Source of the DNA: an uncultured Clostridia bacterium
GTDB taxonomy: Bacteria > Bacillota > Clostridia > Oscillospirales > Oscillospiraceae
Length of the DNA: 62,035 nt
Reading direction: 5' to 3'
NCBI GenBank assembly: GCA_946411475.1
Contig: CAMKED010000001.1
Location: 1-62,035 of the forward strand
The translations under genes and the position numbers were made by a program. Every line of letters begins with the position of its first letter. Within the stretch, counting starts at the first letter, position 1. The notes beneath the pieces were generated by a model. It was not told where the DNA came from. It did no database searches and saw nothing but the letters and a program-made list of their open reading frames with translations. Below, piece by piece: positions 1 through 8,392 of the stretch.

Positions 1-491
1 GCACCGGCAAGACCCGCCGCGTGCTGGTGTTCGCCAAGGACGCCAAGGCTGACGAAGCCAAGGAAGCCGGCGCCGATTACGTCGGCGGCATGGAGCTGGT
101 GGAAAAGATCCAGAAGGAAAACTGGTTCGAGTTCGACGTCGTCGTTGCTGCTCCCGACATGATGGGCATCGTCGGCCGTCTCGGTAAGGTCCTGGGCCCC
201 AAGGGCTTGATGCCCTCTCCCAAGGCTGGCACCGTGACCCCCAACGTCTCCGCCGCTGTCAAGGAGATCAAAGCCGGTAAGATCGAGTACCGTCTCGACA
301 AGACCAACATCATCCACTGCCCCATCGGCAAGGTTTCCTTCGGCCCCGAGAAGCTCGAGGAGAACCTGTCCACCCTGATCGGCGCGGTCATCAAGGCCAA
401 GCCCGCCGCTGCCAAGGGCCAGTATATCAAGTCCTGCGTCATCGCGTCCACCATGGGCCCCGGCGTCAAGGTCAACACTGCCAAGTATTGA
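1..491 (+). CDS. rplA: 50S ribosomal protein uL1, C-terminal part (5' end outside window)
   Basis: ORF 21..491 stays open to the window edge. The translation (...[15 protein letters not shown]...[22 protein letters not shown]...) is a typical L1 sequence. Stop at 489-491, followed by a terminator. Confidence 0.95.
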   Translation, partial: TGKTRRVLVFAKDAKADEAKEAGADYVGGMELVEKIQKENWFEFDVVVAAPDMMGIVGRLGKVLGPKGLMPSPKAGTVTPNVSAAVKEIKAGKIEYRLDKTNIIHCPIGKVSFGPEKLEENLSTLIGAVIKAKPAAAKGQYIKSCVIASTMGPGVKVNTAKY

Positions 492-514
492 TCCCGGCTT
501 GATTCGGATTGTTC

Positions 515-555
515 CGGCAGCACTGCGCGAATGCGCGGTGCTGCCGATTTTTTTC
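515..555 (+). terminator. Intrinsic terminator after rplA
   Basis: The stem cggcagcactgcgcg/gcgcggtgctgccg (one G-U pair) has a 3-nt loop and is followed by attttttttcc. Confidence 0.8.
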
Positions 556-556
556 C

Positions 557-584
557 TTGACAAAATCTATTTTTCTGCTACAAT
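557..584 (+). promoter_or_regulatory. Sigma-A type promoter of the queT leader
   Basis: TTGACA (557-562), a 16-nt spacer, then TACAAT (579-584). It lies about 20 nt upstream of the riboswitch aptamer. Confidence 0.7.
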
Positions 585-604
585 AAGGCTGCTCCAATTG
601 AATA

Positions 605-645
605 CGACAGTTCGTGACCATCCTGTCGTTAAACAAAACTATTGG
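605..645 (+). promoter_or_regulatory. preQ1-I riboswitch aptamer
   Basis: CGACAG-UUCGUGACCAUC-CUGUCG-UUAAACAAAACUAUUGG has a 6-bp P1, a UUC...-type loop and an A-rich ...AAAACUA tail, as in the B. subtilis queC and T. tengcongensis preQ1-I aptamers. It sits upstream of a QueT transporter gene, a classic preQ1-regulated target. Confidence 0.8.
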
Positions 646-670
646 ATCGCTCCCGCTGGGAGCCAAAGAT

Positions 671-697
671 GGGCGCAGTGCGCCCAATTTTTCTTTT
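671..697 (+). terminator. Riboswitch expression-platform terminator
   Basis: GGGCGCagtGCGCCC followed by aatttttctttt, located between the aptamer and the queT RBS (ggagg at 699-703). Confidence 0.75.
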
Positions 698-710
698 GGA
701 GGAAAAACCT

Positions 711-1256
711 ATGAAGCTTACCCCTCGCAGGATCGCCTTTGCCGGCATCCTTGCCGCGATCTACGCGGCGCTCACCCTTGCCACCTCCAGCTTTGCCTAC
801 GGACCGGTCCAGTTCCGGATCGCCGAGGCCTTCGCAGTGCTCTGCTGCTTCACGCCGGCCGCCATTCCGGGCATGGTCGTGGGCTGCATGGCGGCCAATC
901 TGGCCTCTTCGGTCTCTGCCTGGGACTTCGTCATCGGCACGACTGCAACGCTGCTGGCCTGCGTCGTGACCTGGCTGATGTCCCGTCCGCTGCGCCGGGC
1001 GCAGACGGAGAAGCTGACGCGGCGGAATCTGCTGCTGGTGTTTCTGGCGCCTTTGCCGACCGTTCTGTTCAATGCCGTGATCGTCGGCGCGGAAATCGCG
1101 TATTTCTTCGACGACCGCGCCTTCCTGACCGCCTGGTGGCTCAACGGTCTGTCCGTCGGCGCCGGAGAGGCTGCGGTTCTGTACGCGCTGGGCGTACCGC
1201 TCCTGTTCTGGCTGCTGAAAGACAAGCGCCTCAACCCGCAGCTTCGCGCTATTTGA
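711..1256 (+). CDS. queT: Queuosine precursor transporter QueT
   Basis: The internal ATG at 711 of ORF 642..1256 is preceded by ggaggaaaaacct. The product is a multi-TM protein (MKLTPRRIAFAGILAAIYAALTLATSSFAYGPVQFRIAEAF...) typical of the QueT/COG4708 family. A preQ1 riboswitch lies upstream. Confidence 0.8.
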   Translation: MKLTPRRIAFAGILAAIYAALTLATSSFAYGPVQFRIAEAFAVLCCFTPAAIPGMVVGCMAANLASSVSAWDFVIGTTATLLACVVTWLMSRPLRRAQTEKLTRRNLLLVFLAPLPTVLFNAVIVGAEIAYFFDDRAFLTAWWLNGLSVGAGEAAVLYALGVPLLFWLLKDKRLNPQLRAI

Positions 1257-1325
1257 CAGAATATGAAAAACGAGAGCCGATCCGCGGTCACGGATCGGCT
1301 CTCGCTGGTTATCCAACAAGGACGC

Positions 1326-2000
1326 TTACTTTTTCGGCAGCATGCCGGAAATCAGACCCACGAAGCCGGAAATCGGCATCGTTTGCAGTATGATCTTGCC
1401 TGGGCCGGTGACCACGGTGTTGAAGAAGCCCTCGCCGCCGAGCATTTTGTTTTTGATGCCCTTGACGGACTGCACGTCCATCTGCACGGAGGCGTCCATC
1501 ATGGCCAGGTAGCCGGTGTCGAGGATCATCTGCTGGCCAGGCGCCAGGTTGTATTCCATCACGGTGCCGTCGATCTCCAGGAAGGCAATGCCCTGGCCGG
1601 AGAGCTTCTGCATCACAAAGCCTTCGCCGCCGAGCAGGCCGGTGCCGAGCTTCTTCTGCCAATGGACGCTGAGCTCCACGCCTGCGGTAGAGGCCAGGAA
1701 GGCCTTTTTCTGGCAGATCACGGGGTGCTCCGGGGTGATTTCCACGGCCCGGATGGAGCCGGGGAAGCTGGAGGCGAAGGCAATCATGCCGGGGCCGCCC
1801 TGGGCGGTGTACTGGTTCTGGAACGCATTCTCACCGGAGAACATCCGGCCCAGGACCTTGCCTGCGCCGCCGCCGACGGTGTCCATCTGCATGTTGGGGC
1901 TCATCCAGCTCATCGCGCCGGATTCACAGATCAGGGTTTCGCCGGGATCCACGTTGCAGATCACAACGGGCATGGGTTCGCCGTAGATTTGGTACTTCAT
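1326..2000 (-). CDS. TIGR00266/AIM24 (DUF124) family protein
   Basis: A 224-aa ORF with the characteristic ...GESLICESGAMSWM...GGEGFVMQKLSGQG.AFLEIDG... pattern. An RBS ggagg lies upstream. Confidence 0.7.
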   Translation of the reverse strand: MKYQIYGEPMPVVICNVDPGETLICESGAMSWMSPNMQMDTVGGGAGKVLGRMFSGENAFQNQYTAQGGPGMIAFASSFPGSIRAVEITPEHPVICQKKAFLASTAGVELSVHWQKKLGTGLLGGEGFVMQKLSGQGIAFLEIDGTVMEYNLAPGQQMILDTGYLAMMDASVQMDVQSVKGIKNKMLGGEGFFNTVVTGPGKIILQTMPISGFVGLISGMLPKK

Positions 2001-2050
2001 GCTGGAACCTCCTTTTTTGATCGTCTGAATTGTATGTGACCGGGGTTAAC

Positions 2051-3082
2051 TTATTCCTTCAGCAGCTTGCGCCGCGCGAAGTTGATGGGACCCTCCTGCA
2101 TCCGGTTGATCCAGCTCAGGCTCTTGCCGCAGCCGTAGGCCACGCAGGAATCCGCGTCGTCGGCCACGGTGCAGCGCATACCGGTGCGTTCGGTGATCAG
2201 CTTGTCCATGCCCCAGAGCTGGGCGCCGCCGCCGGTGAGGATGATGCCGTTGCGGGCGACGTCGGCTACGAGCTCCGGTGTGGTCTGTTCGAGCACGGCC
2301 AGAATCTCGTCGGTGATCTGACGGGCGGGCCTGCGCAGGGCTTCGAGCATGTCTTCGGAGCTCACGCTGATCTCGCGGGGCAGGCCGGTTTTGAAATCCC
2401 TGCCCTTGACGGGGGCCACGACCGGCTGCTCCCGCTCATACACGGTGCCCACGCTGATCTTGGCGTCCTCGGCGATGGTTTGCCCCACGATCAGGCCGTA
2501 TTTCTTCCGCAAATAGCGGATGATGGCCTCGTCGAAGTTGTTGCCTGCTACCTTGATGGAGGCGGAGTTTGCCAGCCCGTTCATCGTCAGCACGCCGACG
2601 TCCGTCGTGCCGCCGCCGATGTCCACCACCATGTGGCCGTCCGGTCCTTCAAAGCTTAAATTCGCGCCGAGCGCGGCAGCCAGGGGCTCCTCGATCAGGT
2701 AGACCCGGCGGGCGCCGGCCTCCTGCGCAATCTGCACCACGGCGCGTTCCTCAATGCTGGTGATGCCGCTCGGAACGGAAATGATCACACGGGGCTTTAC
2801 GAAATTGTTTTTGAAAATCTGGCGGAAAAACTCGGCCAGCATTCGCTGCGTGAGCTCATAGTCCGAGACCACGCCCTCCTGCAGGGGGTGCATGGCGACC
2901 ACGTTGCCGGGAGTCCTGCCCAGCATATTCCGGGCGGCGGAGCCGACCTTGAGGATTTTTCCGGTATTCTTGTCTACCGCGACGACGGAGGGCTCCCGCA
3001 GCACGATTCCCTTGCCCTCGGCATATATGACTACGTTGGCAGTCCCCAGGTCGATGCCCAGGTCCTTGGAGAAAATTGACAT
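2051..3082 (-). CDS. mreB: Rod shape-determining protein MreB/Mbl
   Basis: 343 aa. The translation MSIFSKDLGIDLGTANVVIY...VVDIGGGTTDV...ILTGGGAQL shows the actin-fold phosphate and adenosine motifs. Confidence 0.93.
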   Translation of the reverse strand: MSIFSKDLGIDLGTANVVIYAEGKGIVLREPSVVAVDKNTGKILKVGSAARNMLGRTPGNVVAMHPLQEGVVSDYELTQRMLAEFFRQIFKNNFVKPRVIISVPSGITSIEERAVVQIAQEAGARRVYLIEEPLAAALGANLSFEGPDGHMVVDIGGGTTDVGVLTMNGLANSASIKVAGNNFDEAIIRYLRKKYGLIVGQTIAEDAKISVGTVYEREQPVVAPVKGRDFKTGLPREISVSSEDMLEALRRPARQITDEILAVLEQTTPELVADVARNGIILTGGGAQLWGMDKLITERTGMRCTVADDADSCVAYGCGKSLSWINRMQEGPINFARRKLLKE

Positions 3083-3135
3083 GTTATGATCACCTACATT
3101 GTAATTTCAATTTGCATTCGTGACCGCCGGAACGG

Positions 3136-3230
3136 ATATGAAGTATTTCTGCGAAATATGAAGTATGCCTTGCGGCACATGAAGTATCTCTTTTCGAGAT
3201 ATGAAGTATGTGCGTCAGCAAGTACTTCAT
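3136..3230. repeat. GAAGTAT mini-hairpin module (4 direct units + 1 inverted unit)
   Basis: TGAAGTAT occurs at 3139, 3159, 3180 and 3202, and inverted (TACTTCA) at 3223. Each 12-14-nt spacer is itself a small hairpin (tatttcTGCgaaata, tgccTTGCggca, atctcTTTTCgagat). The last arm contains the comFC stop codon. Confidence 0.9.
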
Positions 3231-3868
3231 GCCTGCGTGACGGCCAGCGCGGCCACGTCTACGGACTTTGCGCCTGCTTCCAGCAGGACGCGGCTTGCCT
3301 CGGAGACGGTAGCGCCGGTCGTCAGCACGTCGTCGATCAGCAGGATCCGCTTTCCGCGCACGGCTTCCGGGTCGCGAACGCGAAAGGCCCCGTGAATATT
3401 TTGCTGCCGTTCTTCCGGCCCGAGGGTCCGCGACTGCGGCCTGACCCGGCTGCGTTTTTGCAGCGTGGAGACGGGCTTCATACCCAGCGCCTTTCCGACC
3501 GCCTGGGCCAGCAGCTCCGACTGATCGTAGCCCCGCCGCCAGCGGCGAAGCGGGCTCACGGCCACGTAAGTCAGCAGGTCGAAGTCCCTGCCCAGCCGTT
3601 CCTCCACAGCCTTTGCCAGCCAGGGCCCGTAATACCGGGCGTAGAAGCGGCAGTCGCTGAATTTGAAGCGCAGAATGGAAGCGCGGCAGTCGCCCTCATA
3701 CCAAAGCGCAGCGGCCCAGCGGCGGTAGTGTGACCCGCGCCTGGCCCCGGAGATCGGCTCCGGGATCGCGGCGGCGCAGTCCGGGCAGAGCCGTTCCGCG
3801 TCCGGCCCGACCAGCTTGTGGCAGATCACGCAGCGCCGCGGCCAGAGCAAATCTTTTATCAGATCCAT
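3227..3868 (-). CDS. comFC: ComF family protein (phosphoribosyltransferase-like, ComFC)
   Basis: The internal ATG at 3868 of ORF 3227..3961 gives an N-terminal CxxC...CxxC zinc finger (CVICHKLV...CPDCAAAI) and a C-terminal PRTase motif (LLIDDVLTTGATV). Confidence 0.8.
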   Translation of the reverse strand: MDLIKDLLWPRRCVICHKLVGPDAERLCPDCAAAIPEPISGARRGSHYRRWAAALWYEGDCRASILRFKFSDCRFYARYYGPWLAKAVEERLGRDFDLLTYVAVSPLRRWRRGYDQSELLAQAVGKALGMKPVSTLQKRSRVRPQSRTLGPEERQQNIHGAFRVRDPEAVRGKRILLIDDVLTTGATVSEASRVLLEAGAKSVDVAALAVTQA

Positions 3869-3880
3869 ACAACTACGTTC

Positions 3881-4040
3881 GGGGCGTCCCCGAAAGGACT
3901 TGCTTCGCTTCGGAGGACGCTGCCCCCTACAAGCGGGTTCCGTACCTGTCATTCTGAGCAAAGCGAAGAATCCGCCCCCGTCTCCTGTTGCCGATTGCCT
4001 AATACCTAATGCCTATTGTCTATCGTCTGTTTCCTATTGC
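3881..4040. repeat. Mosaic repeat block (GC hairpin, GTCATTCTGAGC...GAAGAATCC unit, CTATTGCC-type stutter)
   Basis: The unit gtcattctgagcaaagcgaagaatcc lies at 3948-3973. It is followed by tctcctgttgccgattgcctaatacctaatgcctattgtctatcgtctgtttcctattgcc. The stutter supplies the recD2 stop (cta at 4034-4036). Confidence 0.85.
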
Positions 4041-6256
4041 CTCAATTCTGCATTTGCGTGGCACAGCCGCCACTTGAGCCCGCTGAAGCGTTTTTGCTTT
4101 TTGTCGTTGTTTACCATATATTCCACGACGCCCTCGTCGCCCACCACGATCAGCAGCTCCCGCGCCCGCGTGATGGCGGTGTAGAGGATGCTGCGGCTCA
4201 GCAGCAGGGGCGTGCCCCGCCAGGCGCAGAGCACCACGGCCCGGTATTCGCTGCCCTGGCTCTTGTGGACGGTCATGGCGTAGGCGGGCTCCAACTGCGA
4301 GAGCATGTCGTAGGAGTAGACGGCCTCGCGGTCGTCGAAACGGATCGTCATGTTCTGGGCCTGACTGTCGATGGCCTTCACGGTTCCGACGTCGCCGTTG
4401 AAGATGCCGGAGCCCATGCCGGGCCCGTCCGCCTTGTTCCAGATGATGTCGTAGTTGTTGCGGATCTGCATGACCCGGTCTCCCTCGCGGAAGACAATCT
4501 CCCCGTGCCGCTTCTCATGCTTGCCGTCGGCGGGCGGATTCAGCGCCTGCTGTAATAGCCTGTTCAAAGCGCCGGTCCCGGTCTCGCCCTTGCGGGTGGG
4601 GGAGAGGACCTGAATATCCTCCGGCTGGAAGCCCATGTTCTGGGGCAGACGGCGGGCGCAGAGGTCGGTCACGGTCTGGCAGACAGCCTCGTCGCTGTCG
4701 CGCTGCAGGAAGAAAAAGTCTTTTTTCCGTTCGTGCAGCTCCGGGAGCTCGCCGCGGTTGACCCGGTGGGCGTTCATGACGATCAGGCTCTCCCGGGCCT
4801 GGCGGAAGATCTCCGTCAGCCGGACGGTGGGGATCATTTCACTGCGGATCAGATCGGAGAAGACGTTGCCCGCTCCGACGGAGGGAAGCTGATCCGGGTC
4901 GCCGACCAAGATCAGACGGCAGCGCTCCGGCAGCGCCTGCACTAAGTCGTACATCAGCAGCAGATCGACCATCGAGCTCTCGTCCACGATCACCGCGTCG
5001 CAGACCAGCGGATTGTGCTCGTTGTGGACGAAGATCATGTCTCCCGTCTCCGGGGAGACGTCCACCTCCAAAAGCCGGTGGATCGTGGAGGCGTCGCGGC
5101 CCGTCAGCTCGGTCAGCCGCTTGGCGGCCCGGCCGGTAGGGGCGGCGAGGAAGGTTTTCAGCCGCATCTGCTCAAACAGGTCGAGAATGCCGCGCAGGGT
5201 GGTGGTCTTGCCGGTGCCGGGGCCGCCGGTGACGATCAGCAACCGTTCTCCGGCCGCGGCGCGGATGGCTTCCTTCTGCAGATCGGCGTATTCGATTCCC
5301 TGCGCTGCTTCAATGCTTGCGACGGACTTGGCCAGATTTGCGGGCAGGGAGGCCTTGCCCCCGACCATCTCCGAAAAGCGGCGGGCCAGATAGCGCTCCG
5401 CCTGCCCGTAGGCGGGCAGATAGACCGCGCGCAGGGAGGCGATCTCGTCCAGCACGATCCGCTCCTGAACGTTCAGACGCTCCAGCCCGGCGCGGATGAT
5501 CTCCTGCGGCAGACGCAGGAAGGTCGCCGTGGCCTCCACCAACTGCGGTTCGGGCACGAAGACGTGGCCGCCGGTGGAATTGTAGCTTAATTCATAGAGG
5601 ATCCCCGCGTCCACGCGGCGCTCGTCGTCGCCGTCGAAGCCCAGCTCCAACGCAAAGGCGTCCACCTGGGCGAAGGGTGCGTTGAAGCCCTCCTCGGTCA
5701 GAAAGTAGGGATTGTCCTGAATGGCCATCATGGACAGCTCGCCGTAGGCCTTGTAGATCTTCACGGCCAGCTCCGTGGGGAGGCGGTAGCCGCTGAGGAA
5801 CTCAGCCAGATGCCGCAGCCCCTGCTGGGACTGGAAGCTCTCCTGGATCTCCCTGGCCTTGGCCTCGGAGATGCCGGGCACGGTGGCAAGCTGTTCCGGT
5901 TCATGTTCAATGATTTTCAGGCTGTCCGCGCCGAAGCGCTCCACGATCCGGGCCGCGATCTTTGGCCCGACGCCGCGGATCGCGTGGGAGGAGAGGTAGG
6001 CCAGGATTTCGATCCGGGACTCCGGCATCAACCGTTCGAGATTCACGACCTCCAACTGCTTGCCGTAGGTGCTGTGGCTGCTCCAACGGCCCTCCACCCG
6101 CAGGCGTTCGCCCACGTTGGTGTCGGGCACGGTGCCGACCACGGTGGTGGTCTCGCCCTTGCCGTCCTTCAGCCGCAGGACCGTGTAGCCGTTTTCCGCG
6201 TTCTGAAAGACCACCGCCGAAACGCTGCCCTCGATCCGAATCAATTCTTGTTCCAT
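4034..6256 (-). CDS. recD2: SF1B ATP-dependent RecD-like DNA helicase (RecD2)
   Basis: 740 aa. It has an N-terminal OB/HhH region, Walker A (VTGGPGTGKTT), and the motifs LILVGDPDQLPSVGAG and ...AMTVHKSQGSEY. Confidence 0.9.
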   Translation of the reverse strand: MEQELIRIEGSVSAVVFQNAENGYTVLRLKDGKGETTTVVGTVPDTNVGERLRVEGRWSSHSTYGKQLEVVNLERLMPESRIEILAYLSSHAIRGVGPKIAARIVERFGADSLKIIEHEPEQLATVPGISEAKAREIQESFQSQQGLRHLAEFLSGYRLPTELAVKIYKAYGELSMMAIQDNPYFLTEEGFNAPFAQVDAFALELGFDGDDERRVDAGILYELSYNSTGGHVFVPEPQLVEATATFLRLPQEIIRAGLERLNVQERIVLDEIASLRAVYLPAYGQAERYLARRFSEMVGGKASLPANLAKSVASIEAAQGIEYADLQKEAIRAAAGERLLIVTGGPGTGKTTTLRGILDLFEQMRLKTFLAAPTGRAAKRLTELTGRDASTIHRLLEVDVSPETGDMIFVHNEHNPLVCDAVIVDESSMVDLLLMYDLVQALPERCRLILVGDPDQLPSVGAGNVFSDLIRSEMIPTVRLTEIFRQARESLIVMNAHRVNRGELPELHERKKDFFFLQRDSDEAVCQTVTDLCARRLPQNMGFQPEDIQVLSPTRKGETGTGALNRLLQQALNPPADGKHEKRHGEIVFREGDRVMQIRNNYDIIWNKADGPGMGSGIFNGDVGTVKAIDSQAQNMTIRFDDREAVYSYDMLSQLEPAYAMTVHKSQGSEYRAVVLCAWRGTPLLLSRSILYTAITRARELLIVVGDEGVVEYMVNNDKKQKRFSGLKWRLCHANAELRQ

Positions 6257-6261
6257 GAAAC

Positions 6262-6361
6262 CCTCTCCGTAGGGGCGGCCGGTGGCCGCCCGCTGCGCGT
6301 CCCTCGTCTCCTATTGCCTGTTGCCTATAGCTTATAGCCTATTGCCTAAATATCTATTGCC
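6262..6361. repeat. GTAG-headed palindrome plus CTATTGCC stutter
   Basis: ccGTAGGGGCGGCCggtGGCCGCCC lies at 6269-6291. It is followed by tctcctattgcctgttgcctatagcttatagcctattgcctaaatatctattgcc (6307-6361). Confidence 0.85.
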
Positions 6362-6391
6362 TTCTTCTTATTCTACACAAAAAAACGCGTT

Positions 6392-6447
6392 CTGTCTATC
6401 AAAAAATGAATTTTTTGATAGACAGAAGCGAAAAACCGGGCTATACT
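6392..6447 (+). promoter_or_regulatory. Perfect 15-bp inverted repeat (operator-like) overlapping a putative promoter
   Basis: CTGTCTATCAAAAAA-tgaa-TTTTTTGATAGACAG spans 6392-6425. TAGACA (6419-6424), a 17-nt spacer and TATACT (6442-6447) follow, upstream of the HMA-domain gene. Confidence 0.55.
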
Positions 6448-6491
6448 ATACCTGTCAAAACAAGCGAACGAAACCGAAAGGAGAAAAAACC

Positions 6492-6746
6492 ATGACGAAA
6501 ACCGTGCTAAGCGTTGAGGGCATGATGTGCGGCATGTGCGAAAAGCACCTGAACGAGGCCATCGAGAAGGCTTTTGACGTCAAGAAAGTGACTTCCTCCC
6601 ATCTCAACAAGCAGACCGAGATCCTCTCCGAGGCGCCCCTGGACGAGGCGCTGCTCAGAACTACCGTCGACGAAGCGGGCTATACCCTGAACGGTATCCG
6701 CACCGAGCCCTACGAGAAGAAGGGCTTCTCCCTGTTCCGGAAATAA
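6492..6746 (+). CDS. Heavy-metal-associated (HMA) domain protein, CopZ-like
   Basis: The internal ATG at 6492 is preceded by aaaggag. The translation MTKTVLSVEGMMCGMCEKHLNEAIEK... contains the MxCxxC metal-binding motif. Confidence 0.8.
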   Translation: MTKTVLSVEGMMCGMCEKHLNEAIEKAFDVKKVTSSHLNKQTEILSEAPLDEALLRTTVDEAGYTLNGIRTEPYEKKGFSLFRK

Positions 6747-6768
6747 GCCGTTTTCTCTCGCGCATACA

Positions 6769-6804
6769 GCACACGCCCGCAGGCCGAAGCCTGCGGGCGT
6801 GTGC
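6769..6804. terminator. Bidirectional hairpin between convergent genes
   Basis: GCACACGCCCGCAGGC-cgaa-GCCTGCGGGCGTGTGC forms a 16-bp perfect stem. The flanking U-tracts are weak. Confidence 0.6.
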
Positions 6805-6805
6805 G

Positions 6806-8317
6806 TTAATAATCCTTAGTATTTTCAATAACGATGTGAAGCAGGTTTCGCAGTGCCTGACCGTCAGAGAACAGATACTCTTCCGCTCGATCGGAGCTGT
6901 ATTCCTTCCCCGGCTCGTACAATACCAGACCTTTTTCATACAGGCAGCCCCGGATCCACGCGGCTCCCCGTTTCAAACAGAATTCCATCCATGCTTGTCC
7001 CATGTCCTCGGAATGATCCAGCGGTTTTTCCAATTCCAGTCCCCGGATCGCTTCCTCGAATTGTTCGCAGATCTCAGCGTCCTTGCAGAACTCGCTGTCG
7101 GAACCAGCGTGCGGAAAAGGCAGCACTGCGCTCACGCTCCAGCCGCCGCCGTCCCGATCCAAGAGCTCTGTCTGGACGGTCCCGCCGATTGCCGTGACCC
7201 CAAGCATACCATAGAGAAAGAAAAAGAAAACGGACAGCCCGAAGATTGCAAGGAAGCCTGCCCGCCGCTTTTGCGGGTGCAGCACCTGCGCCATCCGATA
7301 GCGCAGCCCCGAAGCGGAGGCGGAGAGGCAGGTGGTAAAGCCCATGGCCGTTCCGGCGTTGCTGAGCAGCAGACCGGCATAATTTTTGCGTTGTTCTTCT
7401 GTTAATTCGTTTGTGGCCAGCTCGTCGCAGCAGAGCTCCAGATCCTCAGCGGCTTTCCCCAGACCCGGCCAAAGCATGGGAATGAACCAACCTGCCGCGC
7501 AGAGAAAGCCCAGCGTGAATTTCAACCAGTTGTCCTGATGCATCAGATGGATGGCTTCGTGGCGGAAGATCAGCCGCAGCTCCTGCTCGCTGTATTCCCG
7601 CTGGGGCAGAACAAGGCATCGCGTTTTTTCCCACAAGCCGATGACCAAAGGGCAATCCACAGCAGGAGAGCGCAGGACAGACACTTCTTTACTGGGGCTC
7701 ACGTTGTTTTCAATCTCTGCCCGCTTCTTGTTTTCGTCGAAGCAGAGCGCCCTCCAGGTAGATAAAAAGAGATTACGTTCCTGTGCTGACACGGGAACCG
7801 CGTCCCACAAAAGGGCCTTCCGAAAGCGAAGATGGGAGACGAGCTTCCAGATCAGAACGGCGAAGAAGCCTGCCGCCCAAACAAGCAGGGCGATCCACAG
7901 GGCAGAGCGGGGCAGACGCACAACAAACAGCGGAGCATCGGGAGTAAATTTGTGCAGCAGCAGGACCAGAAAAAAATAAAATATCAGATTTGGAAGCAGC
8001 CACAGTGCGGCGCAGCCCCGCGCGGAGATCCGTTTCCGCAGCAGCGGCGTCAGCGCCCAAAGCAGGGCGGAATAAACAAGCGTCGCCGCAAGCATCCGAA
8101 GCAGTTTTGCGAGATAAGAGAAGAACAGCCCTAAAAAGAAAGATAATAAGAGAAGCAAAAAAAACACGTCGGGGAGCGCCTGCGGGTAATAATCCGGCGC
8201 AAAGCGGTTGCGGCTTCGAGAAATAGCGCGAGTGAGCGCAAACGTCATCAGCGTATACGCACCAAGGAGCAGCGCATACAGCAACAGGGAGCCCAGCCGG
8301 GATAAAAGGTCAGTCAT
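6806..8317 (-). CDS. M56 family (BlaR1/MecR1-like) membrane metallopeptidase, no PBP sensor domain
   Basis: 503 aa and multi-TM. The HExxH motif (FRHEAIHLMHQDNW) sits in the typical M56 context. The C-terminal ~150 aa are not penicillin-binding-like. Confidence 0.8.
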   Translation of the reverse strand: MTDLLSRLGSLLLYALLLGAYTLMTFALTRAISRSRNRFAPDYYPQALPDVFFLLLLLSFFLGLFFSYLAKLLRMLAATLVYSALLWALTPLLRKRISARGCAALWLLPNLIFYFFLVLLLHKFTPDAPLFVVRLPRSALWIALLVWAAGFFAVLIWKLVSHLRFRKALLWDAVPVSAQERNLFLSTWRALCFDENKKRAEIENNVSPSKEVSVLRSPAVDCPLVIGLWEKTRCLVLPQREYSEQELRLIFRHEAIHLMHQDNWLKFTLGFLCAAGWFIPMLWPGLGKAAEDLELCCDELATNELTEEQRKNYAGLLLSNAGTAMGFTTCLSASASGLRYRMAQVLHPQKRRAGFLAIFGLSVFFFFLYGMLGVTAIGGTVQTELLDRDGGGWSVSAVLPFPHAGSDSEFCKDAEICEQFEEAIRGLELEKPLDHSEDMGQAWMEFCLKRGAAWIRGCLYEKGLVLYEPGKEYSSDRAEEYLFSDGQALRNLLHIVIENTKDY

Positions 8318-8392
8318 TTCAATTCCTCATTTCTGTGCGTGGGAGAGAACACAATATAAAATCACGCGTACATGCGTTCAAAACGTGCGGGA

